Assembly (NCBI RefSeq): GCF_963921235.1
Contig: NC_086106.1
Location: 21,204,001-21,268,000, forward strand
DNA: 64,000 nucleotides
Source: Mobula hypostoma
Taxonomy: Eukaryota
Reading direction: 5' to 3'
Notes under the pieces: generated by a model
Database searches by the model: none
Told to the model about the DNA's origin: nothing
What the model saw: only the letters and a program-made list of their open reading frames with translations
Program-made: the position numbers and the translations under genes
Part shown: positions 27,001 to 41,445 of the stretch, piece after piece
How the letters are laid out: every line of letters begins with the position of its first letter
Position numbering within the stretch: the first letter of the stretch is position 1

Positions 27001-28540
27001 TAAAATCCCCCACAATTATCATAACTCTGCCCTTCTGACATGCCTTTTCTATGTTCATTTGTAATTTGCAGTCCACATCACTGCAGCTGTTTGGATGCCA
27101 GTGTATAACTGCTATCAGGGTCCGTTTTACCCCTGCGATTTCTTAGCTCAACCCATCAAGATTCTGCACCTTCCGATCCCATGTCACCTCTTTCTTATGA
27201 AGTGATATCATTCCTTACCAATAAAGCCACTCCACCTGCCTATCCTTCCGATATACCGTGTATCCTTGGACAGTCAGCTCGCAGAGACATGCATCCTTTA
27301 GCCACGTCTCAGTGATGGCCACAATATCATAGCGGACAATCTGTAGCTGTACGACAAGATCATCCACCTTACTGATTATGCTGCGTACATTTAAATATAA
27401 CACTTAAGACCGGTATTTTGTACTTTGTGCTTTGATTACGCTGCAACTGATCCCAATGGCTGCAATTTTGCCCCATCACCTGCCTGTCTTTCCTAACATA
27501 TTTACTGCTCACTATCTTAGATTTATTTCTGTTTTGCCCTTCCTCCGCTCTATCATTCCTGTTCTTATCCCCCTGCCAAATTAGTTTCAACCTTCTCTAA
27601 CAGCTCTATTAAACTTTGCCGCCAGGGTATTGGTCCCCCTCGGGTTCAGGTGTAACCCGTCAATTTTGAACAGGCCATACTTCCCCCAGAAGAGATCCCA
27701 ATGATCCGGGAATCTGAGGTCCGGCCCCCTGCACCAGATTCTCAGCCAAGCATTCATCTGCCTGATCCTACTATTCTTGCCCTCGCTAGCCCGTGGCACA
27801 GGTAGCAATCGCGAGATTACTACCCTGGTGGTCCTGCTTCTCAGCTTCATTCCCAACTCCCGGAAATCTCTCTTCAGGACCTCCTCCCTTCTCCTATCTA
27901 TGTCACTGGAACCAACATAGACCAAGACAACTGGCTGCTTGCCCTCTCCCTTCGGAGTATTCTGGCCCCGAACCAAGACATTCCGTGCACTGGCACCTGG
28001 GAGATAATACACCATGCGGGATCTCTTTCAGGCTCACAGAAGCTCCTGTCTTTTCCCCTAACTATGGAATCCTCTAAGACTACCACATTCCTCTTCTTCC
28101 TCCTTCTTTCCTGCACTACAGCGCCAGGCTCAGTGCCAGAGATCCGGTCACCGTGGTTGTCCCCCGTCAGGTCATCCCCCTCAACAGCATCCAGAACAAG
28201 ATACTTGTTGCTGAGGGGGGCAGCCTCAGGGGTACTCTCCAATATCCGGGCATTATCCTTCCCTCTGCTGACAGTCACCCTGTTTTCTGACCCCTGTAGC
28301 CGAGGGATGACTCCCTCCCTGTAGCTCCAGTCTATCACCACTTCACTTTCCCTGATACGCAGTAGGTCATCCAACTGCAACTCTAGATCCCTAGCACGGT
28401 CGCTGAGGAGCTGCATCTCAGTGCACTTGGCGGCGTGCCCTGCCTTCCAAATGCCCTCATTACAATATACCATGCCCCGACCCACAGAAGCTTAAGTGCT
28501 ATTTCCTTCTCAGATTGAAGAAAGTAATTTAGTCACCGTG
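24095..28540 (-). mobile_element. Near full-length degenerate CR1 (ORF1 SGNH esterase, ORF2 EN-RT) with a ~500-bp insertion at ~24296-24790
   Basis: ORF1 pieces 27898-28485 and 27587-28015 (EDSIVRG, VGSSD, DGLHLN); ORF2 pieces (AITETWL at 27215-27403; RT 24809-26700); CATAAGAC tail at ~24095. Confidence 0.9.
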
Positions 28541-28748
28541 TAAAGATGTCATTTGGAATGTCCTCCTCCAGATCACACCACAGTTCCATTTACCACAGCG
28601 TGCTTTGCATCTCTCCAGCTTCTTCCCTGATTCTCTGGCACTCATCTATTTTATACAATTCAAAGTATGCTACTGAGCTATTAGTTAACCTGTTTCTCTT
28701 TACGTACTATATTAAGAATGAGACATCGCTTTATATCGGACTTTAGAA

Positions 28749-29215
28749 ATGCACTCTATTGTTTTTTTTAATGTTTTCGGACTGCCCCTGCAGACATCGG
28801 TAAGATTGCGGAGATAGAAACGATCTCCACTAATGTGAATAGGAGAAGTTCGGGCAAGCACATCAAGTGAGTCATATCGCTGAACATCTGTTTTGCAGAA
28901 GAAAACACATTTGTATCTATAACTATAAAGGATATTTGCGCCGAGAATATCTGAAAGGGTAAAAAAAGTGCTGAGCACGTTGGCGAAACAATCTGCAGAT
29001 TCTCGATATCCAAAGCAACACAACATCCAAAATGTTCCCAGGATTGAGCAATTCGGACATTATTAATTCGAAGAGACTAAACAGTTGATGTTTTCGACCG
29101 AATCCCTGCTGTTGAGCAGATTGGATCAAGTTCAGAATTAACAGTGCCGCTGTCATTATGCAATGAAGGAGCAGAGCAATCGGTCTTATGTTACTGACTG
29201 GTTCAGCATCCGGTG
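28749..29215 (+). pseudogene. Candidate TCR V pseudogene in inverted orientation
   Basis: Hydrophobic exon 28749-28799 (MHSIVFFNVFGLPLQTS) with GTAAGA donor; one frame reads VGETICRFS...RTLLI...SSSELTV...AEQSVLCY*. No Trp motif and no good RSS. Confidence 0.35.
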
Positions 29216-29689
29216 TGATACCACAAACATCAGTCTTAATTACGAAAATAATTTTAACCAAAATTCATGATTATCAGGAGCAATGAACTATAACATTTGG
29301 AAAGTTGGACTGCGTCTGGGGATAATGTTTATCCTTATCTGTACAGCTCGGCATTCCTGTGATTGGATAAATAAAGTGTTTCAACAAACGTTTTCCAGAG
29401 CAGATCTATACAGTAAAGGTTACAACCTTGGTATAGCGGAGAAATGAACTTAATGCAATGTACAGTTTAAGATTCTGGAATTGATTGACGGCTGGATTCT
29501 GTGAGGAAGTATTCTGCCGATATTGCTCAGTATATTGTTTTACAATAAATCAACACCGAAGGTAACGAAGAAGAAAAAAAACAACCATCAAAAACTTTTG
29601 ACAGTTTAGACAGCTATGTTGCGATAAATGCGGTGGGTACACTGTATATGTTCAACATCTCTTCAGAGGTTTGATCGGGGCGCGACTGC

Positions 29690-32600
29690 GCAAGCGCGTG
29701 GACTTCAGCCAGTGAGAACAGCGAGAAGAGACACCTTATAGAGCGGAAATCAGAGGAGCAGGCGTCAGAGTAGAGGTAAACACATTAGCAAGGCAATGGC
29801 TCGACGGAGCTTATTCGAAAAAAGGCTCGAAGTGAGTGAGGTTGCCTGTGTAGAATATAGACAAGAAGAATATGTGTGATGTCGGTGTTTTATGCACCGT
29901 GTCAGATGCAGGAAGCCCTGCAAACTCCCATCCTCACGGACGGCCGTATCTGCAGCAGGTGCGTCGAGCTGCAGCTCATTAGGGACCGTGTTAGGGAACT
30001 AAGGATGCAGCTGAATGACCCTCGTCTGGTCACATAAAGTGAGGAGGTGATAGAGAGGAGCTACATGCAGGTAATCACACCGGGGCTTGGGGAAACAGAT
30101 AAATGGGTAATAGTTAGGAGAGGGAAGGGCAGGACTCAGACGGTAGAGAGAACCCCTGTCGCCGTACCTCTTGACAATAAGTACTACTGCTTCTTTACTC
30201 TTTGGGGTAGTGGAGGTTCGACCTGGGGGAAGCAATATTGCCCGCGCCTCTGGCAGGGAGTCCGGTCCTGTGGCTCAGAAGGTTAGCGAAAGGAAAAGGA
30301 CGGCAGCAGTGATAGTGACTCAATAGTTAGTGGGTTAGACAGGCAATTCTGAGGATGCAAGAAATAAGCATGGATGGTAGTTTGCTTCCCATGTGCCAGG
30401 TTCCAGGAGGTTTCTGATCGCTTCCACGATATCCTGAAGTGGGAAGGAGAACAGCCAGAGGTCGTGGTACATATTGGTACCAACGACATATGCAGAAAAA
30501 ATGGAGGACGTCCTGAAAGCAGTCTACAGAGAGTTAGGAAGAAAGATGAGAAGCAGGACCACAAATGTAGTCATCTCGGCATTTCTGCCTTTGCCATGTA
30601 ACACTTAATATAGGAACAGATTCAGGCGAACAATAAATGCGTGGCTGAGTGATTGGAGCATGGAGCAGGGATTCAGATTTCTGGATCATTTGCACCTGTT
30701 TTGGGGCAAGAGTGAACTGTACAAAATGGACGGGTTGCACGTAAATCGCATGGGGAGCAATATCCTGTCTTGCTAAGTTTATTAGTGTGAGTTTACACTA
30801 AGATTGCTGGGGGTGGGAAACAAACTGAAGAGACGGAGGAAGAGGAGGTTGGCTCACAGATAGAGAAAGCTTGGAGACAGTGCGAGAGGGAAGATAGGCA
30901 GGAGCTAGAGAAGGGTGAGCTCAGACCGATCGCTTGACATGTGTCTATTTTAATGCACGAAGTATTATGAACAAAGCAGGTGAGCTTAGAGCGTGGATGA
31001 GTACTTGGATCTATGATGATAAAGCAATTACAGAGACTTGGATAGGTCAGGAGAAGAAATAGTTACTTCGAGTGCCAGACTTCAGATGTTTCAGAAGGGA
31101 CAGGGATGGACGAAAAAGAGGCGGGGCGTGGCACTGTTGATCAAAGATAGTGTCACGGCTGCAGAAAAAGGATGAAAGCATGGTGGGATTGTCTATGCAG
31201 ACTCTGTGGGTGGTAGTTAGCAACAGGTAGGGATCAATAACTCAACTGGTTGTTGTGTGTTTCGTATACAACATCCAATAGTGACGGGGACATCGAGAAA
31301 CAGATAGGGAGACCGATTCTGGAAAGGTGTAATAATAGCATGGATTTTAATTCCTCTAATATCGATGGGCGCGTCCTTGGATCGAGTGGTTAAATTTGAG
31401 TGGAGTTTATTAGATACGTTCGGGAAGGTTTCTTGACACAATTTGTCGATAATCCTAGAAGATGAGAGACTGAACTTGATTTGGTATTGGAAAATGAACG
31501 TGGTCAGGTGCCAGATCTCTCTGTGAGGGAGCATTTAGGAGATAGTGATCAGAATTCTAACTCCATTACCATAGCATTCCAGAGTGATAGGAACAGAACA
31601 ATTAGGAAAGCATTTAAATTGGGGTAAAGGGAAATATGAGGCTATCAGACAACAACTTGGAAGCATAAATTGGGAACAGATGTTCTCAGGGAAATATACG
31701 GAAGAACTGTGGCAAATGTTCAGGGGATAAATCCATATAATTCTGCATGGCTACATTCCAATGTGACAGAAAAAGGTTGGTAGTGTACAGGACACATGGT
31801 ATACAAAGGCTGTTGTAAATCTGGCCAGAAGAAAAGAAGAGCTCATGAAAGGTTCAAAAAACAAGGTAATACTAAAGATCGAGAAAATTATAAGGCTAGA
31901 CGGAAGGAGCTTAAGAGAGAAATTAAGAGAGCCATAAGGGAACACGAGAAGGCCTTGGTGGCCAGGTTTAAGGAAAACCCCAAGGAATTCTATAAGTATG
32001 TAAAGAGCAAGAGGATAAATCGTGAAAGAATAGGACCGATAAAGTATAACAGTGGAGAAGTGTTTAAGGAACAGTAGGAAGTAGCAGTGGTATTTAGTGA
32101 GTACTACTGCAGTTGTACAGGGCCTCTGTGAGACCACATCGGAGTATTGTGTGCAGTTTTGGTCCCCTAATCTGAGGAGAGATATCCTTGCCAAAGAGAG
32201 AGTACAAACAAAGTTCACCAGATTGATTCCTGGGATGGCAGGACTTTCATATGATGATGACTGGATCGACTAGGCTTATACCCGTTGGAATTTAGAAGAT
32301 TGAGGGAGGAACTTATTGAAACGTATGACATCCTAAGGGGATTGGACAGGCTAGATGCAGGAAGATTGTCCCCGATGTTGGGGAAGTCCATAACGAGGGG
32401 TCACAGTTTTAGAATAAAGGGGAAACCTTTTAGGACCGACATTAGGAAAAACTTCGTCACACAGAGAGTGGTGAATCTGTGGAATTCTCTGACACAGGAA
32501 ACAGTTGAGGCCAGTTCATTGACAATATTTATGAGGGAGTTAGATATGGCCCTTGTGGCTAAAGGGATCGGGGGTATGGAGGGAAGGCTGGTACAGGGCT

Positions 32601-32720
32601 CTGAGTTGGATATTCAGCCATGATCATACTAAATGCCGTGCAGGCTCGAAGGGCCTAATGGCCTACTCGTGCACCCATTTTCTATTTTCTATGTATCTCT
32701 GGTGTCTTCACCCTTCCTGC
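29690..32720 (+). mobile_element. Degenerate CR1 with ORF1, endonuclease and internally deleted ORF2
   Basis: VVVHIGTNDI (ORF 30374-30601), ITETW at ~31028, junction at ~32105 to the ORF2 C-terminus, CR1 3' UTR. Confidence 0.85.
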
Positions 32721-32944
32721 ATTAGTTGCAATGATCAGCTGTCAGCTAATAATTCAAGAAATTAGCATAATTGGCTTTTTAACAAAGACATGACAGTGCT
32801 AACCACTGATCAGACGTTATATCCGTGTCAAAGAAGTTGGATCACTGTTTGAGGACTCCTTGTCCCCTTTAAGATTGCTGCTGCTTATCTGGTGCATGTG
32901 TGACTCTAACTAAGTGAAATGTACCATTGTTGGGAAATGGCATC

Positions 32945-33175
32945 ATCTATGGAAACGAATAAACAGTCAACATTTCAGGCCAAGTCCTTTCTTCATGACT
33001 GAAAAGGAAGGGGGGGGGGGGGGAGATGCCAGTATAAAAAGGAGGAGGTAAGGGAAGGAGATTTGCTGATAGGTGAAAGGGGAAGCCATGTGCGTGGGGA
33101 AAGTATAGGGCTGGATAAAGAAGGAATCTGATAGGACAGGAGAATGTTCCGCAGGAGAAAGGGAAGGAGTGAGGC
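32945..33175 (-). mobile_element. Penelope-like 3' tail fragment
   Basis: Same tail family as 21880-22235 and 62930-63240. Confidence 0.55.
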
Positions 33176-33199
33176 ACATATTTTCTATGTTTCTCTGTT

Positions 33200-34740
33200 T
33201 CTATAAACACCTTGCTTCACTATTCACGACGGGAAACTATCCTGGCGATTGGAGGGATGACTTACAGAGGACCGAAAAGCTTGAAGATGTAGCTATTCAG
33301 AAAGAAAATGTGCTGGAGCTTCTGCAAAGCATCAAGTTGGATATCTCACCGGGACCGAACGAACTGTACCCCAGGCTACTGTAGAAGGCGAGGAAGGATA
33401 TTGCTGAGCCTCTAACCATGATCTTTGCATCATGAATGGGGACGGGAGAGGTTCCGGAGAATTGCAGGGTTATGGACGTTGTTACATTATACAAAAAAGT
33501 GAGTAGAGATAGCCCAGGATATTATAGACCAGAGAGTCTTACTTGAGTGGTTGGTCAGTTTATGGATAATATCCTGAGAGGCAGTATTGATAAAAATTTA
33601 GAGAAACATAATATGATTAGGAATAGTCAGCATGGCTTTCTGAAAGGCACTTCGAATTGATTTTTTTTTGAGGCTGTGGCTAAACCCATTGATGAAGGTA
33701 AAAGAGTAGATGTCATGTATATGGATTTCACCAAGGCATTTAAAAGGTATCCCATGGAAGGCTTATTCAGAAACTAAGGAGGCATAGGATCCCAGGGGCA
33801 ATTGCTTCGCAAATCCGGAACTGGCTTGCCCACACAAGGCAAAGTGTTGCTGTAGACAGGTCTTATTCTACACGGAGGTCAGTAACCAGAGGTGTGTTTC
33901 AGGGATCTGTTCTGGGACCCCTACTCCTCGTGATTTTATGCATAACCTGAACGAGGAGTGGAGGGATGATTTGTAAACTTGCTGATGACACAAAGGTTGG
34001 AGGTATTGTGGATAGTGTTGAGGGATGTCAGTGATTACAGCGGGACATTGATAGGATGCAACGCTGTGCTGAGAAGTGGCGGATTGAGTTCAACCAAGAT
34101 AAGTGTGAGGTGAAATATGATGACAGAATATAATATTGAAGGTAAGACTCAAGGAACTGCGGAGGGTCGGAGGGATCTTATAGTCCGAGTCCGTAATACA
34201 CTCAATGCTACTGCGAAGGTTGACTCTGTGGTAAATAAAAGAAAGAAAAAAAAAACTTACGGTGTATTGGCCTTCGTCAATCGTGGGATTGAGTTTATGA
34301 GCTGAGAGGTACTGTGGCGGCTATGTAGGATCCTGGTCGGACCCCTATTGGACTACTGCGCTCAGTTCTAGTTGCCTCATTATAACAGCAATTGATCGTG
34401 TGGAGAGACATAGGCTTTTTTTCCCAGGAGGGAAATTGCTAGCAAGAGAAGGAACAGTTTTTTTTTTAATATTCTTGGATATAGCTACAGAGGAGATAAC
34501 AGGGGTAAGTTTTCTTTATTCAAATAGTGGTCTGTGCATTAAATGTGCTGCCGGTAACGGTGCTGGAGACGGATACGACAAGGTCCTTTCTGAGAGTCCT
34601 GGACAGGTACATGGTGCTCAGAAAAACATAGAGCTATGGTGTGTACCCCAAGGTAATTACTACGGTAAGGGCACGTTCGACACAGCTATGTGGGCATAAG
34701 GGCCTGTATTGTGCTGTAGGTTTTCTATGTTTCTATGTAA
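33200..34740 (+). mobile_element. Degenerate CR1 RT and 3' end
   Basis: SPGPNELYPRLL, decayed QGSVLGP and FADD motifs. Confidence 0.8.
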
Positions 34741-34914
34741 TATCGAGATTTGCGGAAATCCAAACAACAACGGAGACAATTAATACTGGAACTAAGCGAA
34801 AAGTGTTATGGACACCAAAACATTATCGGCCCTGAATTATTGAAGCCAAGAGTCCTTCCGCGATGTCGACTGACCCACTTCATATATTTTCTGAAGTATT
34901 TATTGTTTGTTCAT

Positions 34915-35763
34915 TTTTACGTACCCCGTAACTGGGTTGCCAAACCAGCAGAAATGGATCAATCAGTTGGAGTCTGGAGTACTAGAACTAAGAAAGTTTT
35001 ATTAAAGAAACAAGCAGCACAGTAATCGAAAGGATAATAAATGCAACAGCTTAGCAATGATAAACACACTTGTGCACAGAATTAAGATAACAGCATCAAT
35101 CAAGCTCTATCGTTGTCTAGGGGTAAATGACCAAATTTCAAAGTGACTCAAAGTTCAGTCCAGTTTAGTAGTTCCGTTCGCAGTAATCGTTTCCATGGCG
35201 ATGGACAACGTGGGGGGGGGGGAGAGAGAGAGAGAACAGGAACAACTGATCATTCAGACACGGCTTCACTCACAGACCGGCGATTTTGGGCAGGTCCTTG
35301 GTGATGTCACCTGAGGTCACCGACTGTGACCCCTCCTCCAGATGCGGTCGATCCTCTGCAGTGAACCCGGCACCCAGGCAAGGGCGGACACACACCGGGT
35401 TCCCGCTGATCGTACCTTTCCACCCTGGCCGTCGTCTGATACTTCCCACCGACTCGTGAGAAGCGTACCGCTTCCAGGGTCTCGTTACCTCGGGTGGCGT
35501 GTGTCTTGCCTTAGCGAACTGGTCCCTTTTTATCCCCCTGCTGGGGTATCGCCTGTCCATCACTTCAAACAGTTCAGGGTTCAAAGGGGGAGCCGCTCCA
35601 GACAGCTCTCTCTCCCACGTCCCTTCATTACACATCTCCAGACGCTGCTCCATTGTTCCTTATCTCTCCTTCCCCCTGAGGGCAGGTGGCAGACCACTTG
35701 CTGATGTCACTGATGCTAACCCAGGCCAGCAAACATCTTAATGTTATGTGTATTCTCGTCACA
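34915..35763 (-). mobile_element. Solo LTR with 4-bp TCAT target-site duplication
   Basis: Termini T(T)TTAC...GTCACA; TCAT at 34911-34914 and 35764-35767; AATAAA on the minus strand near 35000. Confidence 0.8.
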
Positions 35764-36279
35764 TCATTTCCCAGCCTGCCGAGCTGAACTCCTACAACAA
35801 TTCTTGTGTGTTACTTAATACATTTTCAGTTGTTGAAATATTATGAAATACCATGTATATATGCTCCTGTACCTTCCTCAAGAAACCAAAATGACCTCGT
35901 GTGAAATAAAGTAAAATGAATGCGTTTTTTTAATAAAATAACATCGCACATTCTGTCTCTAATTACATGGCGCCACGTAATCCTCACAGACTTCTAGAAT
36001 TTAATGCGGTGCCCTGTGCATATTATGAATGAATGAATGTCTAGATCGACAGACTCCACAGAAGCACGGATAATGCTTCAGGAATGGACTATACGGCCAT
36101 TCGAGCTTGTCCCATTCTGTTGTATAACCACGACGAATTGTACAAATTCCGTTCAAAATTTCAACACCTCCAATTACCCCTCTGAGCAAGCAGTTGCACC
36201 TCACCCTATTTTCAATATACTTATTGATCTGGTATTTCATTTCACTCCTTAACCAGCACAGTCCTCTCTGTCCTGGTAA

Positions 36280-36964
36280 GTTATGTCACTGCTTTATGCA
36301 CCTGGTTTGTTTGCTTTTTTTTGTGTTTGTTTGTTTGTTTTGCGAGGATTGGTGAACTCCTTTAAAGTCATGAGGTCATGGTTTTCTTTGGTGGGGGGGA
36401 GTGGAACTGGTTTCTTCTTTTATGTTACTGCGAGCCTCATAAAATGGGTTCTCTGTTGCGTTAGAATTAAAATTGCTTTTCTGTAATAATATCTGCAATG
36501 TACAGAGTTCTCTCTCTCTCTCTCTCTCTCTCGCTCTGCTTGTTTGGGTTATATTATTGATAAGAAAGAAAGAACCAATGAGTGCCCATGTTATTCTTTT
36601 TGTGGATGATACTCCTTCTCATATGGCTGGGAACCGTGTGGGTTTCGCAGGTTTTCAGGGAGGAGACCAGAAGAGGAAGGACGTGCTAGAGGCGATCTGG
36701 TCAACCACCGAGGCTGGTCCCGAGCGGCGAGTCGAGGGGGTCGGAGGGCATCGCACGGTGGAAAGAGAAACCCGTTAACTGAGCTCCAACTATTGTGCAC
36801 AAAGTGGTTCAACTCTGATAAGTCTGGCGCCTTTTACTTCCCCTTTTATATTGCACCTCCATTAATTACATAGTTCCAATAAGATTTACACAGTGCAATC
36901 TCTAAATCGTGCATTATGTGCTGTCTGATATTTGATGTGTGAGTTTGTACCAGATGGCATTACA
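36280..36964. mobile_element. Probable solo LTR or other interspersed repeat
   Basis: LTR-like size; ends ...GGCATTACA; no TSD seen. Confidence 0.35.
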
Positions 36965-37539
36965 CAGCAACCACACAACAATGAGATACCGTTTGGCGGG
37001 TGGACCTGGATAAAGACGAGCCGATAGACCTGAGCATTACAGTGGCATTACTCACAGAATACAAAAGGAACTTCATCAAAATTGCGCCCTAAAATGCACC
37101 AGAGGAATCAGAGCCATTAGGTATGAGCATGCAAACTGAGCAACTTAACCCCAGTTAACCCCAGTGACCTAATGCAAGGTCAAAGTTATTTGAAGATGCC
37201 CGCATTAAATGATCTGGGCCAGAATTAATGTGTTTTCTCAAATGCGTCACTTAAATTCCGCAAAACTGCATTAGATACAACCTAGCAGTGGAGAACACTA
37301 ACCATCCAGACTATTAATATTGCAAATGCCTAAAAAGATATCCAAATTGACATGACTGGTTACTGTAAACCAGTTTTTCCACCATGTCTCAATCATCTTT
37401 TTCCCGGAACGACTCCAAAGTAACGCTTCATCTTATGTACCACGAAATTTTTTCACATGTTAGATACTACTATCATCTATGCAGTCTCATCAAACAGTCC
37501 CAGAATAATCACAAGAACCTGACTCAGATTTTGTTTTTC

Positions 37540-40500
37540 TTTCATGTCAGGAATGAGATGGACGAGATAGAGAAGGAGATCAGTGCTGAGAGAAATAATA
37601 TACATTTTGATGTACCGGATAAAGTTTACAGGGTCTCTTCAAGAGGATTAACGCGGATCACCCCAAGGCCTGAAGGGATATACAGCAGGTTATGGAATGA
37701 GACAAATGAAGCAGCCCCTGTGTCTTCGGGTCCTGCACTCGGTCCTTAGAGGTATGCGAAGTAACTGAAATTGACCTTTTGTTCAGATATTACCTTGGAA
37801 ACTATGTCACGTCAGGAATGGGCAGCATACTGGAGAGGAATCTTATGGAGATCATTATGAAAGCAATTTCCTGATTTGTGCGAACCAGCATCGCTTTGTG
37901 ACATCCAAGTCATATCTTACTAAGTTTGCAGGCAGTTGTTTGCTTTTATGGAAAGGTGAAGACGGTGGTCCATGAAGGTAAATTTTTGGATGCTGTCTAG
38001 ATCGAATTTAGTAAAGGAATTCTTAAGAACCTGCATATGATGTTCATCGAAAAGATTAGGGTGCATGTTATCAATGGTTAATTAGCCGTTTCTATTTACA
38101 ACTGGCTTGCACATCGAAAACAGATCTAATAGTCGAAGGATTTATTCCAGCTATCCTATATGTTTAATACTGTTCCACAGGGATCCGTACTGAGATCTCT
38201 GTTTTAATCGATATAAATGATAAAAATGAAAATGTAAATGGTGAATATATCAAATTTTAGATTATATTAATCGGGGGAAATTTCCTTGGCAACTGTGGGG
38301 TTGCAGTACAGCGGACTGAAGCGCTTGTGCATATGGACATTAAGAAAGCGTAAGTGCTAGATATTTTGAAACTCATTAAGTTAGAATAGTCGCCAGGACT
38401 GGACGTGAAATACCATTGGGAAGCGATGGAGGATATATCTGAGACTCTGGTGATCATCTTAGCATCATCAACAGGAACGGGAAACATAACGGAGAATTGG
38501 ACGGTTACAAATGTTTTTTTTTCTCTCCTATTGAAGAAAGAGAGTAGAGATGACCCAGAAAATTATAGACCAGTGAGTCTTAGTTCAATGGTGGGCAAGT
38601 TTTTTTGAGAAGATCCTAAGAGGTAGGATGTATGAGCTTTCAGAGGGACCAAATCTGATTAGGGATAGCCAGCATGGTTTTATCAATGACAAGTCGTGAC
38701 CTACAAGCCTTATATTTCGAGGGGCAAACAGAACACACTGAGGAAGGTAGATCAGTGGATATAATGCCTATATATTTCAGTAGAGCTTTTGATAAGTTTC
38801 GTCATGTAAGGCTTATTCATAAAGTAAAGGGGTATCACTTCCAAGGACATCTTGATTTGAGGATTCAGAATTGGATTGCCCACAGAAGACAAATGGATTT
38901 TAGATGATTCGTTTTCTGCAGAGAGGTCAGTGACCAGTGGTGTTCAGCAGAGATCTGTTCTTGCAGTCCTTCTCTCTGTGTATTTCATAAAAGGCCTTGA
39001 TGAAGAAGTGGAAGGGTGGGTTATTAAATATGCTGATGACTCAATGTATGGGGGTGTTGTGGTTATGACTGGGAGGTTGTTAGTGAGCTCAGCGTGACAT
39101 TGATAGAATGCAAAACAGAGCTGAGAGTTGGCGGATGAAGCTTAAACGAGATTAGTGTGAAGTGGTTAATTTTGGTCCATCAAATTTGAAGACAGAATTT
39201 TGCATTAATGGTAAGCCTCTTGGCAGTGTGGAGGATCAACGAAATCTTGGGGTCCGTGGGTCATTCAAAGCGTCTGCGCAGGTTGACAGTGTTGTAAGAA
39301 GGCGTCGGCTGTGTTTGAATTCATGCATAGTGAGATGGAGTCTAAGAGCTGGGAGGTACTGTTCCAGGTATATAAACCCTTGGCGAGACATCATTTGGAG
39401 AACTGTGCTCAGTTCGGGTCAACTTACTACAGAAATGATGCTGATACTATTGCAAGATTTCAGAGGAGATTTACAAGGATGCTGACGATCAGAGGAGATT
39501 TACAAGGATGTGGAGAGTGTGCTTTGTGAGATTAGGTTGTGTGAACTTGGCTTTTGCTCCATGGAGTGACGGATGATTAAAGATAAAGATGCTGAGAGAT
39601 ATATGATGTCCTGAAAGTGATGTATAGATGATGATAGGCTTTGATCGTCTGCATAGCCAGAGGTGGCTTTCCTGTCTTGAAATGGCTAAAACATTAGTGT
39701 ATAATTTTAAGATGCTTGGACGTAAGTACAGATGGGATATCAGAGTTACGGTTTTCACACAGACAGTGATGGGTGTGTAGAATGCTCGGAGGTGGAGGGT
39801 GATACAATTTTAGACTGTTAAATCGTTACATGGAGCTGAGAAAAATAAAGAGTTAAGCGATATGGTAATTATAGGCTGGTTCCGGAATCTGTCACATTGT
39901 CAGCACAGCACTGTGGGTGGATGAGTCTGTAATGTACTGTAGATCACAATGTTGATATATTCTATGATATACAAACTGGTGGTGTTGCTGGTAGTGTAAA
40001 TGATTGGCAAAGGATAAAACAGAATAGAGATGTGTGGCAGATATGAGCGGAATAACGGAGGATTGGTCTTAACCCTGCCAAATGTGACACGCTGCAGCAT
40101 GTTCGGTCAAATGTAAAGCGACAGTACATTGTTAAGGACAATTCAGGATGTTGAGGAGGAATGGCATCTTGGGACACGTTCATAGCTCCCCGAAAGATGC
40201 TACAGAATTTCATTGGTTGGTTGCCAATATATATGGGAGGTTACCTTCATTATTCGAGGCATAGTATTCGGACGTCGGAAATTTATGTTGCAGCTGTACA
40301 CAATTCTATTTAGGACGCATCTGGAGTACTCATGTTGTTCTGGTCACCTCGTTAAAGGAAAAGCTCGCGGCTTTGGAGAGGGTAAAGAAAGTATTTTCAG
40401 GGATACTGCCTCGATTAGAGGGCATTTGACATAACGAAAGGTTGGATAAACTTTGGTTGTTATCTCTGGATTTGCAGAGGCTGAGGGGAGATGAGAATTA

Positions 40501-40860
40501 TAAGACTATGACAGGCTTAGATAAAGTAGGCGGACTGCGTATTTCTCCCATGTTTCAATTGTCTAATACCCGAGGGCATACATTTAACGTTGTGCCTGAC
40601 AATTTTGAATGAAGTGCGAGGTGCGAAGATTTTTTACAGAGATGTTGTTGATGGTTCGAATACGCTGACTAAAGTGGTGGAAGAGGCAGATGCCACAGGC
40701 GGTTTTAAGAGACGTTTAGATTAGCACTTCACGTGAGGAATATAAAAAAGGATATGGCCATTGTGCAGGAATAATGGATTACTTTAGTAGGCCTATTTGC
40801 TTACTAATTAATTGTTTTGATGCAGCATATTGGGTGGAAGGAGATGCAGTGTCCGATGTT
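37540..40860 (+). mobile_element. Several old CR1 fragments
   Basis: PEGIYSRLW, YFSRAFDK, KYADDS and C-terminal RRFTRM motifs in broken frames. Confidence 0.75.
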
Positions 40861-41445
40861 GAAGTTAAAATTATAGTTTAATTGTTATTCAACCGGACAT
40901 TAATACCCATGAAATAACTAAAGAAACAGCGTTATTCTGGGTCCAAGGTGCAAAACACAGCACCGATATTCACACGAAAAAAAAGACAGATGTAGCACAT
41001 ATAAAATCGCAAGCACGTGTTATACATCAGTGAAATTGAATCACACTAAAATAAATATAATCCAAGACAGTTTCGATCGATGTTGCAGAAATCAGCAGTC
41101 GACCAAAATATGTATTTTCTACAGCTGAGAATACACTTCTGGGGGGGTGGGGGGTATTACACCGACTCCAGCTTGTACGTTGTATCATACTGCCTCCAGA
41201 GGAGCGCATTGACTCCGAAGACTTGCTCGTGGGCGGCTGTAAATAGTTGAAACCGTAGCGTGAGGTCGAGTCCTCGCTAACAACTATGCAACGCACGTCT
41301 CCCGCTGTCGGCCTCTGCCGTGGACCAATATATCATTGAACCGAACTAACAGTATTCCTGATTAAGAATGCTCAGCAAGGTCTTGCTATCACAAGGAAAG
41401 CCAGTAAAATGATCACTCAACGTTAGACTGCACTCCTCTCTCGCG

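Noticed and set aside
37384-37749. 121-aa ORF
   Set aside because: The 3' part is a CR1 RT remnant (PEGIYSRLW); the rest has no recognisable domain.
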